A DNA stretch of 64,000 bases, from assembly GCF_006345805.1 (NCBI RefSeq), contig NC_043003.1, forward strand, positions 30,938,001 through 31,002,000. Reading direction: 5' to 3'. The position numbers were made by a program, and so were the translations under genes. The notes beneath the pieces are model-generated. The model did no database searches, was not told the origin of the DNA, and saw only the letters and a list, made by a program, of their open reading frames with translations. Positions 38,894 through 51,469 of this stretch are shown here, in pieces (within the stretch, counting starts at the first letter, position 1; every line of letters begins with the position of its first letter). The stretch is from Octopus sinensis. Lineage: Eukaryota.

Positions 38894-40017
38894 ATCTGCT
38901 GAATGATTCACCATTCTGTAGGAGATTGTTTTAGTAGATGTTTGTATGTAATGATAAAGAAAGCAGAATACTTCTGTGACATTTGCCACATATACTCTTC
39001 AGAAATAGTATTTGCTTTTCTTATGTCAACAATAATTTTTCTAAAATCTATACTTACTCTTGGAGTGTGTGTTGAAGCAAATATTGTAGTATTTTTGTTG
39101 AGTCCTGTTTATTTGTCATTTAAATAATTATTATTTAATACTTGCACTCAGGGTTTCTAGTTTTGTGAGTTGCATAGTGTCCTCAAGTGTGCAGGTGGCA
39201 TGAAAAATAATACATGCAATCCATGCTATAAAGTGGTTGGTGTTATGAAGGGCATCCATTCATAGAAACCAAGCCAAAACAGACACTGAAGCATGATGTA
39301 ATCCTTAGACACATCAGATCCTGTCTAACCATCTAACCCATGCCAGCATGGAATGTGGATGTTAAATGATGATGATTATGATGACAATGAGGCCATACCA
39401 TGAAAGATCTGCTTCTTCTGTACCTCAAGGCAACCAAACCATCTCAACATCCAACAAACACTCATATAGCGAAACAGCTAGACATGTTGCAGGTATCTCA
39501 CTTAGTATTACTTAGCTTTGAGTTTAAATCTTGCTAGAGTTATCTTAGTCTGACAATCCTGTTATGGTGAAAGAGGTTACTGCAATATATAACCATCAAA
39601 ACTGTATAACCAATCCAACCAATAATGAACACCTTCTCTTCTTTTATGTCTTTACAAAAGAAGTGTTGCGTGACTTGTATGGACATTGATTGAACTGGAT
39701 GTATTTTGTTCTTGTTATATATGCTATGAGTTGTCCCTCTAATAATTAATTGACTATTGATAACTGTCAAGGAATTATTGATCTGCCGAATGAATCACCA
39801 TTCTGTCGGAGATTGTTTTAGTAAATGTTTGCATGTAGCAATAAAGAAAGCGGAATACTTCAGTGACATTTGCCATATATACTCTTCAGAAATAGCATTT
39901 GCTCTTCCTATGTCAACAGTAATTTTTCTAAAATCTATACTCACTCTTTTTTGTTGAGTATTTTTATTGAGTCATGTTTATTTGTCATTTAAATAGTTAT
40001 TATTTAACACTTGCACT
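38894..40017 (+). repeat. Two direct copies of an unidentified 240-255 bp sequence (38894-39148 and 39781-40017)
   Basis: atctgc-gaatga-tcaccattctgt-ggagattgttttagta...aataattattatttaa-acttgcact occurs twice, about 890 bp apart. Confidence 0.9.
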
Positions 40018-40089
40018 ATTAATTGTTCCTTACTATATTCCTTTCATAATAATAATAATAATGATGATGATAATAATAAAAATAATAAT

Positions 40090-40440
40090 AAATACAGACT
40101 ATTAAAAAGATGAAATTGCAAGAAGTACAGACTAGTTGTAGGGGCACTCTGAGTACTAACAACCAAATCCAAGAAATGTCAGAAAAATTGGAATTGACAG
40201 GAGAGCAGAGCAAAGCCCCCAAAACTGCTCTGTTGGGGACAGCTAGGATTTTGAGATTGGTAGTTGGATGTTGAATGTCTTCCATGATGATCAAAAACCA
40301 AGTATCAAAGCTTATAATGTGTGTTAAGAGACTCTATGAAACCTCTAAAAACAGGCTGCTGTCCGCTCTCACAGAACCAACCAGAGCAAAAAAGGCAGAA
40401 TGCTCTGAGAAGTATAATAATAATAATAATAATAACAATC
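40090..40440 (+). mobile_element. R4/Dong-type (RLE) LINE 3' fragment
   Basis: KYRLLKDEIAR...VVGAL...KTALLGTARILRLVVGC* then 3' UTR and (AAT)n tail; (AAT)n also at the 5' junction. Confidence 0.75.
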
Positions 40441-40466
40441 ATAGTAGTAGTAGTAGTAATAGTAAT

Positions 40467-41215
40467 ATTATTTTTTTAACTCAGGTTTTGTTGGAACTCC
40501 TGGAATCTTGCATGTATAGCAGGTTTGGTACCATGCTATCTAATACTTTCCTGATAATTCTGGCTATTCCAAGGAGGCAAACTTTTTGTAACAGCTCTAG
40601 TGGGCACTCTATTCCAATTTTCTTTATATTTCTCTTGACGCCTTCTGATACTATCCCCTAGGACCCAACAATAATTGGCACTATCTTCAGCCTTCTTCAA
40701 TTTTCATAGTAGGACTATCTCTTATTTAAGAGCATCGTGTATATCTATTTTTTCACTTTCCTTCTCGACTATTTGTGTGTCAGGGAGGCTTGCAACATCG
40801 ATTATGTAGCACATGTGGTTCACCTTGTCCTCCACTGCTAGGTCCAGCTTGTTGTGCCCTAGCACCTGGTCTGTTTGAAGTGAGAAATCCCACAAGATTT
40901 TGTGAGTCTCTGACTCTGTCACTTTCTGCTGTTTGTGCTCATGCCACATCTTGCCTCTCTCTAACCCCTACTTTTCACATAGTTTCCAATGTAGCACTTT
41001 AGGTACTTCGTCATGGTGCCAAAACTTATAATAGTTTTGGGCAAATCTAGGGCATTTGTTCATGATATGGGCCATGGTTTCATGAACTTTATCACAGATT
41101 CAACACAGTAGAGTTACTTATTCATTCCTAAGCTTGAGCCTCTAATTTTTGGCCAAAGACTGATCTTGTGCTACTAGTGTGATGCTCTCAGTCTCTTTTT
41201 TCAGTGTTCTTTTCT
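40467..41215 (-). mobile_element. R4/Dong-type (RLE) LINE 3' fragment with CCHC knuckle and restriction-like endonuclease
   Basis: C*ICDKVHETMAHIMNKC; KILWDFSLQTDQVLGHNKLDLAVEDK...CYIIDVA...KESEKI; KIVPIIVG...LLQKVCLLGIARIIRKVL. Confidence 0.85.
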
Positions 41216-41921
41216 TCAGCCAGTCCCCCCCTATGTTCTCCAGCAGCTTCAGTTGTGACCAGTCCATATGCTTAGCAACATTTCATCAGTTTAGTGGTAT
41301 TTCACCAGTTTTTATGTTCTGTGTTCAAATCCTGCTATGTTTGACTTTACCATTCATGCTTTCAGAGTCAGTGAAACAGGTATCAGTTGAGCACTGGGAT
41401 CAATTTAATCAATGAGCTCACTCGCACAACAAATTTCAGACCTTGTACCTATCATAGACAGAAGTCTTATTATTATAGTGATGATGAGGAGGAAGAGGAA
41501 GGTTGATTGACAGAATCATCAGAGCATTGAACAAAAATGCCTAGCAGTATTTCTTTTTGCTTCTTTACTTTCTGAGTTCAAATCTTGTTGAGGTCAATCT
41601 TGCCTTTCATCCTTCCAGTGTTGATAAAATAAAATACCTTGTCTTGAGCCAGCAGAATCATTAGAGCATTGAACAAAATACATTGTGGTATTTCTTCCAG
41701 CTCATTATATTCTGAGTTCATTTCCTGGTGGGGTCAACTTTGGCTTTCATACCCCTGAGGTTGTTAAAATAAAGTACTGGAGTTGATGATATTGATTTAT
41801 TCCCTGCCTTCAAAATTGTTCACAACATGCATATTATTATTACCATCATCATCATCATCATCATCATTATTATTATTATTATTATTTTAAACGGATTGAC
41901 GTAACTCTTACAAAGATAAAC

Positions 41922-42295
41922 AGACAAGATGAAGAACGCACTGCTGTTGCAATAGATATTTTTTATTGGTTGAACAATATTTCGGCAGCAAGCCTGACTG
42001 TCGAGTTCAAAATAAAAAGTAATAAAAATTCAAAATTATAGAAATTCAAATCTAAAGTATAAACAAGGGCAACCAGTATCCACACATTGATAGAATGACA
42101 TCGGTCTTTAAAGACTGATGATGTCATTCCATTAACATGTGGATGCTGGTTGCTCTCGTTCATACTTTAAATTTCTATAATTTTGAATTTTTATCACTTT
42201 TTATTTTGAACTCGACAAAGTCAAGCTTGCTGTTGAAATATTGTTCAACCAATAAAAAATATCTATTGCAACAGCAGCACGCTCTTCATCTTGTC

Positions 42296-42297
<2 letters not shown>
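41922..42297. repeat. Spacerless fold-back palindrome, arms about 185 bp
   Basis: agacaagatgaag...cggtcttt|aaagactga...cttcatcttgtct; centre between 42109 and 42110; about 90% arm identity by hand alignment. Confidence 0.95.
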
Positions 42298-42335
<38 letters not shown>

Positions 42336-42687
42336 TCGCTAGTGCATGGTAATGTAGTTAACAGGTATTTCATTTCATCTTGATGTTTGGTGACCACAAA
42401 TCTCAAATCTTAAGAATCTTTCTTACGATTCCTCCTCCTCCTCCTCACCATTATAACAGTGTTTATAACAGGATGGATCGCCTAGTTTATAATGAGTGTT
42501 AGTATTGAGAAGAAATGATGAGTAGCAATTTATAATAGTGGAAATTTGTCTATAATGATTAGATGATTTTATCTATTTATCCTGTGTTCGACTTGGAAGA
42601 GATAATAAATATAAATATTTCTTGAGTAGGAATCTATAGTGATAAATCCATAACTTATAACTTAATTATAAGTATTTATCACCATAC

Positions 42688-43230
42688 ATCATCATCATCA
42701 TCATCATCATCATCGTCCGTTTTCCGCGCTAGCACGGGTTGGACGGTTTGACCGGGGTCTGGGAAGCCAGGGGCTGCTCCAGTCTGATCTGGCAGAGTTT
42801 CTACGACTGGATGCCCTTCCTAACGCCAACCACTCTGCGAGTGGAGTGGGTGCTTTTTACGTGCCACCTGCACAGGTGCCAGGGTGGGTCTGGCATCGGT
42901 CAAGATCGGTTCGAGCTTTTAACGTGCCAGCGGCACGGAAGCCAGCCAAGGCGGCGCTGGCATCGGTCACGTTCGGATGTTGCTTTTTGGGGGTGCAGGT
43001 AATATAGGGAAGCACCAGTGGGGAGGGTTGGGGTGAGGAACGATGATAGCTAGGGTTGATGCGGGTTCGTAGGAAATAAAACGTAGGACTTCACGAGTGG
43101 GGGAGGGGACTGGAAGGAGATAGCCGGTTGAGGCAGTGACAGATTCAAAAACAGGAGGAAACGTAGGATAGGTGGGGGGGGGTTGATGAGCTGCGGCGCT
43201 AGCTGCTTGTCTTGGTGGGGGGGTAACACA
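42688..43230 (-). mobile_element. ORF-less RTE derivative: 5'-UTR segment fused to 3'-UTR modules and (GAT)n tail
   Basis: 42989-43216 is the reverse complement of a homologue of 63096-63342 (RTE copy E 5' UTR); 42688-42988 is RTE 3' UTR. Confidence 0.8.
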
Positions 43231-44084
43231 CAGTGATAAATCTTAACTCAGGCTGCGTAAATACTGTGGGGAATTATACATCCCAAGACACTGAATGTGC
43301 ATGTATCATCATCATCATCGTTTAACGTCCGTTCTCCATGCTAGCATGGGTTGGACGGTTCGACCAAGGATCTGGGAAGCCAGAAGGCTGCACCAGGCTC
43401 CAGTCTTATCTGGCAATGTTTCTACAGCTGGATGCCCTTCCTAACGCCAACCACTCCGTGAGTGTAGTGGGTGCTTTTTACGTGCCACCTGCACAGAATG
43501 TATGTTGAAGATAATAAAGCTTGCTCTTTTTCACCGCTATAATAACAGTTTCATAGTTGCAGAAATAAATTTCATCAACAGGTTGAAGGAAATGAAGAAA
43601 AAGAAATTATTTACTAAATTAGTTTATTTACGTACATTTAATTATTTACAGTACAGTTTTTTAAGTCAAAAGAAGACTGTCATAGAGAGTTACGACATAA
43701 CATTTATATTAACTAATTCTTCCATAACTAAGCTACAAGAGTTTTAAACAATTCAAAATAGCCTTGTTGAATTAGATAAGAGCCTTGGCATGACAATGAC
43801 CAATATCTCAAGAAATTGAGTGTTGTGGAATCAAGTGACAACCAATGAACACTGATTAATTTCACAAAAATCAGGGGTTTTATAATTGTTCATACCTGAA
43901 TTCTAAGAACTGTATTTCATGAAAGATTTCTCTTTGAGGAAAGTTAAAATTCAAATATGGGCAGTAATTTTAACCAATAGGAAACTAATAATTATACCTA
44001 TTTGGCCAACATGACCATGATGTCATATTACTGCTGATAAAGGTTTATTACAACTTGTTACACCATCATCACCATCATCATTGG

Positions 44085-44535
44085 TGAGCTGGCAGAATCA
44101 TTAACATGCCGGACAAAATGCTTAGCAATATTTCATGTGTCTTTACATTCTGAGTTCAGGTGTTGCCAGGATCGATAAGTTAAGTACCAGTTGAGCACTG
44201 GGGTTGATATAAGCAACTTAACCCCTTCTCAAAAAACTGCTGGCCATGTACCAGAATTTGAAACCATTATTATTATTATTATTATTATATTATTATTATT
44301 ATTAAGGTGATGAGTTGGCAGAATCGTTAGCAAGCCAGGCAAAATGCTTAGTGGCATTTTGTTGGTCTTTATGTTCACAGTTCAAATTCAAGTTGACTTT
44401 GCCTTTCATCTTTTTGGGGTTGATAGAAATAAGTACCAGTTGCATTCAAGGGTTGATATAAACAACTAGTCCCTCCCCCAAAATTTCAAGCTTTGTGCCT
44501 TTAGCAGAAAGGATTATTATTATTATTATTATTAT
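44085..44535 (+). mobile_element. Two head-to-tail SINE family 2 copies with (ATT)n tails
   Basis: ggtgagctggcagaatc... at 44083 and ggtgatgagttggcagaatcg... at about 44306. Confidence 0.8.
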
Positions 44536-45905
44536 AAGAGACACAGCCCTCAAGGACCAGCATATTGAACTGAAAACCCCAAGCAATAACAAAAGGCCAT
44601 GACCCCCAAGACATGCCCTTCCCTGAATGGGAGCCCTCAGACATGCTGGAGAAGAATGGCAACAGGTAACAAACAAAAAAAAAAAGAGTGCAAAACACCC
44701 CAAGAAAAAAAAAGTAGGGAGACCCAAAGGGACAGAACCTTTCAACAGCTGTGTACCTACACCACCTCCAAAAACTACAACACTGACATTACCAACACCA
44801 GCAAATACCATTATGCCCACAAATCAAAGAGAACAACAATAAAAATGTCACTGGTTTCACTACCATAAACACAAACAACAAAGCACTAATGGAATGCATA
44901 CACAATCACAAAGACATGACTCAAAGTTATTTCTTCATAGAAACATACTTAGAAACATAGTCATACAAATATCTCTAAACACATATAACACTATAAAAAC
45001 AAATACCCTGAAGTGATAGGGAATTTTAGAAAAAAACCACTAACAAAAAACATAGAAACACCCATGTCTAATCAGAAAGGTGGAACATCTGTACCCCTCC
45101 CTCACAAAATCACTGTAAGTAGCTCTGTTCTCTGTTCCTTCTTTCTCACTGTTTAACATGACCTTGCTCAGATTAGGCAGTATAAATGCTTGTGGCTTGG
45201 GGTTGCCTTGGAAACACACCCACTTACTCAGTGATCTCAGGTTACTAAGTTGTAGCTATCAGTGAGACCAGACCTTACAACTGAGTGTTTTTACCCATTT
45301 TCTGGTGGATATGAGATTTATTTCAGGAATGTGAGGTTGAACTGCAGTGTTATTCTGGAAAGGTCTGAATCTTAAGGTAAAGACTGTCCTCCTGGACCCA
45401 GAAAGTAAGTTGGTTGTCCTGGATGTGAACAGTAGTGACAGGAGTGCTTTCAGACTGGTGGCTGTTTATGCTCCAACAGGGGTTGGGCAGCAGAATTTCT
45501 TCAGACATCCTAGATCAAGCAAAGGCTGAGACAGGATGCTTGGCTCCTAGAATGTCATCAGATACTCACAGTCCTCTATCAGTCATGCAATGTAGTCAGT
45601 GAAAATTTAACTTTGGCATTCTCTAGAGGGTTAGTGGTGAGTAAGTGCTTCGACATTTTCAAGGAGGCTCTGGATGATGACAAGGATCAACTGGCTGGTC
45701 TGTTCTAGAGGACTTCCAGGCTGGGGCCCATGGATAATTTTCAGAAATTCCTGGCCTGTCAGTGCTACCTGGGTGCATTGTTGGTTTGTGATAGACTTTA
45801 CAGGCATGAAAGTGCTGTCAGCCTAGCTTGCCTGATATGTGTGCAGAGCAACGAAACTGTCCTGCATGCTCTCATCCAATGTCAGTCAATAAAGTACTGG
45901 CAGGA
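44536..45905 (+). mobile_element. Tx1/L1-clade LINE remnant: ORF1 C-terminus-like region, ORF2 endonuclease start, then C-terminal CCHC region
   Basis: MTLLRLGSINACGL at 45158; LVVLDV...FRLVAVYAPT; GPMDNFQKFLACQCY...ACLICVQSNETVLHALIQC; K/P/T-rich EEWQQVTNKKKK upstream. Confidence 0.7.
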
Positions 45906-45909
45906 TCAT

Positions 45910-46345
45910 TAGTGAGGGAGACAAAAAGCTTAGTGGCATTTTGTTTTTTTCTGGTCCATTACATTCTGAATTCAAATGCTGCTGAGTTTGACTTGTTTTA
46001 TTTTTTTTGGTCCTTTCTGTGTCAATAGAATACTGGAGGTGATGTAATTGACTAACCCCACCCCACCAAAAATTTCAGGCCTTGTGCCTATAATAGAATT
46101 CCTCCTCCTCCTTATTATAATAAAGGTGGCGAGCTAGCAGAATTATTAGCATGCAGGGTGAAATGCTTAGTGATATTTCGTCTGCTGCTACATTCTGAGT
46201 TGAAATTCTGCTGAGGTCAACTTTGTCTTTTATCCTTTCAGGGTCAATAAATTAAGTACCAGTTGAACACTGGGGTCAATGTAATTGACACATCCCCTCC
46301 CCCCAGAAAGGCTGCCTTTGTAGCAAAATTTGAAACCATTATTAT
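45910..46345 (+). mobile_element. Two tandem SINE family 2 copies
   Basis: aaaagcttagtggcatttt... and aaggtggcgagctagcagaatt...ccagttgaacactggggtc...aaatttgaaaccattattatt. Confidence 0.75.
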
Positions 46346-46347
46346 TC

Positions 46348-46745
46348 ATGTGGACTAGTGGTTTGGGTGTTGCACTCATGATTACTAGATCATGGGTTTG
46401 ATTCCCGGACCGAGCAGTGTGTTGTGTTCTTGAGCAAAGCACTTCATTTCATGTTGCTCTGCAATTATTTCGACATCTGGTGTGTGGCACACTTGTGCAC
46501 CTGTACAGGCATTGTTGATTTGATGGAGGAGTGAGCTGATGTAAAACACATACATTTGATTACTAGGCGCGGGCATGGCCGTGTGGTTCGGGAGCTTGCT
46601 TCCTAGCTACATGGTTTCGGGTTCAGTCCCACTGCGTGGCACTTTGGGTAGGTGTCTTCTGCTATAGCACCGGGCCGACCGAAGCTTTGTGATTGAATTC
46701 GGCAGGCGGAAGTTACTGCCGTGTGTGTACATGTGCGTGTAGGTG
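46348..46745 (+). mobile_element. SINE family 3 (46348-46560) followed by a SINE family 1 head (46566-46745)
   Basis: A/B-box-like heads gtggactagtggtttgg...gggtttgattcc and ggcgcgggcatggccgtgtgg...gggttcagtccc. Confidence 0.7.
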
Positions 46746-47969
46746 CTTGTGCCTCTCCGAAAGAGAGAGAGGGAAAAATCATTTGTACAGGTCGTTCAGC
46801 AAACAGTGACCTCTCATACATTGTCTTTGATGGGAAAAGCCATCATTATTATTATTGTAGATTGTCTAAATCATCAGGAATTAAAAAAAAATCTAATGCA
46901 GTTTTGAACTATAATCTCATCAGATAGCTGTTTTTTTAAAAAGGTTTAAACCATATTTCTCAGCAACTCTGAGATCATTATATAAGAAAGTGCAGAGGTC
47001 TTATCCTCTGTATTCCATATCCTTACTTCTAACCTCTACAATGATTTTGATCCTGTTTATCTTGAAGAGCCAAATCCACTCTTCTGTGTATCTAATGTTT
47101 TTTGTAGTTGTTCTAGTTGTTCCACTGGGAACTGAATGATACTGTACAGTAGTTCTTTCTGGACAACATGTTGAAGAAAAAGTCTTAATCGGCACATACC
47201 AATCATTATTTAAATATTAAATTCCTGATCCATTCTTTGCTCTCTCATTTCTTACTGAGTATGTAATTATGTCAGTGGTCTTTTTATATTTCACAACTAC
47301 AAAATAGATTTGTTTCAGTGTTGTCTCAACTCATTTCTTCTGTCAAGCCTATCTCTATGTTTTATTGGTTTATTACAGTGATGTCTCTACTATTCATATT
47401 ATTTTTGCCCTTTACCTTGACATGCCTATTATTTCTGTTTCTGTACCACATTTCCTAAATGTTACTGCTGTCATGATCATCAGGATAACATTTTCCTGCA
47501 GGATCTGATTAGCTAAGCAAGGGATAAGTATGGTAGTCAATAGACTTGTTATTATCATTTCTCTTATAAGCACAAGGCCTGAAATTTGGGGAGAGGAGAC
47601 TAGTTGATTACACCGAAAAGATGAAGGGCAAAGTAGCAACAGATGAAATAAGCATTTTGCCCAGTGTGCTAATGGTTTTGCCAGCTTGCCACCCTAATAC
47701 ATTTGTTATAGTAGCAATAAATGAATGGCTATCTCTCAGTTGTTCTCATTAATTTTATGATTGAGCAGCTAATGATATAACATGTGTCCTATGTTCAAAA
47801 ATTCAGACCCCTACCTGCTGTTTATTTCAGCCCTCAAGTCATTCTAATACATTTTACAGTTCCTTCTGTCACATTTTTGACAAAGAGTGTGATTAGAATT
47901 TAAAAAAAAGATACTGAAACTACAACAAACTAATTTTGTATTTTTAAATTGTACTTATTTATATTTTAG

Positions 47970-48053
47970 GGAATTTGGCACTGTCAAGAGCTTTAGGAGA
48001 TTTTGTTTTCAAGAAGAATGATAAGAAAAAACCAGAAGAACAGATTGTAACAG
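47970..48053 (+). CDS. ppm-2: PP2C exon (G/NLALSRALGDFVFKKNDKKKPEEQIVT), 84 nt, phase 1-1
   Basis: Acceptor atattttAG, donor GTttgt; GNLALSRALGD motif. Confidence 0.95.
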
Positions 48054-49555
48054 GTTTGTATTATCGATTATTCCTTTATGATGTTTTATAACAAATTAGT
48101 TTTTTTGTCATAGGAACTGCTTCATTTCATGTTATTACTGTTGTTTAGTTTCAGACCAGTCATGGCAGAGTAAAGCTGCGATTGAAGATATTGTAGTTGT
48201 AACCATCCCATATTCTTTTTAAAGGTAGTTGCATATAATTTGAGGGAAATTTGGTTGCTGTTTCTAGGAGGTTGTGTGACTCATTTGTTTAATTTCATTT
48301 TGTATGTTAGAATATATGTGAAAAATTTCTGTGTGGTCTGGAATTATATATTTTTTTTGTAGGACAAGATGTTCTCCTCTAAGTAGAAATTACTTGGTTG
48401 TAACATCAGTGTATATCTTTAAGTGAGATGGAGTGAGGTTAGTAGTTTGCTTTTCCTTAGGTTGTATTTTTAATATGTTAATTTAGAAAACAAAGGTTGG
48501 GTCCCTGTGACTTTCGTAAGCCAGTCCTAAACTGGTAAGATTGATGTGACTGATACCCAATCTGAACATCTTCAAGAGAAACTTGGAAGAAAGAACTTGA
48601 AATCTAGACTAAATACTTGTAACAGTGTGTACTCCACTAAAGGTACCTAAGAATCAGGTGATGGTGGTGTTAACCTGAGCTACATATTAAGACTACCTAC
48701 TACCAATCTGCAGCAACAGATGAAACTTGCAGAAAAGCTTTCGTTGGTTTTGAGGTGTTTTATTTAAAGAGCACAACACAACTCATTTTAAGATTGAAAC
48801 ATATATTAACACTTTATCTCTTCAGAAACAAGGAACAACACTGTAAAAGATACTGAAGATTGAAAAACAATCATAACAGAGAATATTTAATGTCTCAAGA
48901 TGATTTTCACTTTCAAAACATTATTACAAGAAGTATGTTTTACAATGACTTGGTTCTAGGTTTCATATCAACTATGTAACACATTAGGAAAATATCTTCT
49001 ACTGTAGCCTTGCATTGCCCTTGTAAATGGAAATTGGTAGAAGAAACTGTAGAACTGGTGTAAATATTAAAACATTTTAATTATTTCTAAATATGAGGTT
49101 AATAGTCTGAAAAATTATTATTACTAAAGTTTTGTAGTTTGATACTGTGATGATTAAAGGTCAAGGATATAAGGTAAAGGAAGGAAAACTTAATTAGGGA
49201 GCAGTTCAGCTAAATCTGTGAATATCAAGTTTCAAGAATGATATGCATCTGGATTGTAACATTCATTCATTATCAATTAACATCTGTTTCCCATGCTGGT
49301 ATGGCTTGGATGGTTTGATGGGATTCAACAATAGGGCTGTGCTGTGCTCCCATGTCAGCTTTGGCATATTTTCTTCAGTTGGATGCCCTTTCTAATACCA
49401 ACCACTGACCAGTGTGTACTGGGTGCCTTTTTTTGTGCTACTGGCACTAGTGAGGTTGCCAAGTAAATTGCAAGAAAACCAGTAATAATAGATAATAAAA
49501 TAATAAAGATTTTGTGTCATGTTAACATAAATCTATGCCTGTGCTGTCTGCTGAT

Positions 49556-49601
<46 letters not shown>

Positions 49602-51469
49602 AACTATCAGATAAAACAGAACCCAAAGAGACTGGTAGTGCTCTTTGTCAGGAAGACGAGTATTATTTGGAATGAGTTCAGTGTGTATGCGTGTGCATAT
49701 ATTCATTGATGTATATTGGTGAAGGATATAAACATAAGCAAGAGTGGGGTGGAATGGTGCTCTTTGATCATGGTTCTTGTGTGTTACAAATGTTCCTTTA
49801 TCCACACTCCATGAGAAAAGCAATGAACCAGTGATTGGCTTACTGGAAACCAATCATGTTGTTGCTTACCAATTGTGATATAAAATAGATAATCATGACA
49901 CTAAGTAAGTAGATCCCAAACTTCGTAAGAAAACTCCTTTCAATTTGGATATCCCACTAGTTACAATCTCAGGATTTAGGGGTTGCTAGTATCTGGCTAT
50001 GGACACTTTATTCAAAACTTTAAATCAAAGACTATATCTGAAACACCATTAAATATATCAACACAGATATGTGTATGTGTACACACACACATAGACAAAT
50101 AGATATTAAATATATTATGGGGATGATGTGAGCTGGAAATGTCAGAGATCAAGATATTCAAATTGTTGCTGTATGGCAATCCCAGCTGTCATAGAAATAT
50201 TGATGGAAAAATAAAAACTGATGAGGATTATTGATAATATCAGTGTTATCATTGATTAATTTACATAAAGACACTATGTTCTGATCTATTTATAAATAAT
50301 ATTTTGTTTATTTTCATTTAGAGGCTTAGAGGTATTACTCTTATTACATATTGTGACCTGAAAGAGTTCTCACTGAGTTTGAGCTAAGTGCTTCAGTGTT
50401 TTTTGTTTGATTAAAATCAAATTCCCCAGTCAGATTTAGGGTTTGTTCTCATACTATTGAAAGTTTACCATTGCATTCTATATGTTGAACCAAACAAATC
50501 TAGTTGGCAGGCTCTCAAACACTGCTTATAGTAAAATAAAATTTGGTTTTTGTTTGTTTTGTACCCTGTTTATGCTCTGCGCATTACTTAAGCTTTCAAT
50601 CCCTTGTTGGCTATTGTCTTTCACTAATGCATCTTTTGTCTGATGAATTTTTATTATGTGTTAATTATCCTTGGATTGTCAGTCTAAGTCATTTTGTTAT
50701 TGGTGATTGGCCCCTTCTCATTAAGCTTTTCATTCATTCATTGATTTCTGTGAAAAACTCGTCTAGCCAAGTCATTGTACTGTTTCCCACCAGTCTAAAC
50801 CAAAGACTTTGGCCATTAGACTTAGTTTACTGCATTTTCTCCCTTTCTTTCAGATGAAGTTATTTTGTTGGTTAAATACCGCTAGAGCAAAATTAGAAGA
50901 ATATTGATATAGATATTGAATATATAATGGTTTGATGTAGAGTTGTTGGTGTGCAGGGATAGAAATCTTAGGAAAATATACTAGATTAGATGTATTTTAC
51001 CTGTCTTTACTTTTTATCTTCTTTCATTTTCTTGTTAGCAAGTAAGTATAAAATATAAGCATCTTTGTATCATATTTATAATGGATATAAAATACATATT
51101 ATATATTTATTTTAGCACACTGTAAGTTATTTGGTGACTCTGTTGGTACCATGTAAAAAGCATCCAGTCCACTCTATTAAGTGGTTGGCATTTGGAAGGG
51201 CATCTAGCTGTAAAAACCATACAAAAACTGACCTCACCTATGGTGGTGCCATGTTAAAAGCACTCAGTCCACTCTAAGGGATAGTTGGTGTTAGGAAGGG
51301 TATCCAGCTGTGAAAACCATGCCAAAACAGACACAGCAGCCTGGTGTAGTCTTCTACCTAGTTGGCTCCTGTCAAACTGTCCAATCCATGCCAGCATGGA
51401 TGATGGACATTAAATGATGATGATATATATATATATATATATATGTTACTTGAAGCCTTTGACGAAGTT

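Noticed and set aside
38894-40017. TRIM/LTR element interpretation of the direct repeats
   Set aside because: No target-site duplication, primer-binding site or polypurine tract on either strand
44514-45905. Twin-priming 5' inversion (GT-rich minus 3' UTR plus inverted ORF2)
   Set aside because: The + strand reads more simply as ORF1-like low-complexity sequence followed by the ORF2 start; the ATT tract is explained by the preceding SINE tail
1783-46745. tRNA genes suggested by A/B-box-like motifs
   Set aside because: Each is the head of a multi-copy SINE continuing into SINE body; no complete cloverleaf was evident
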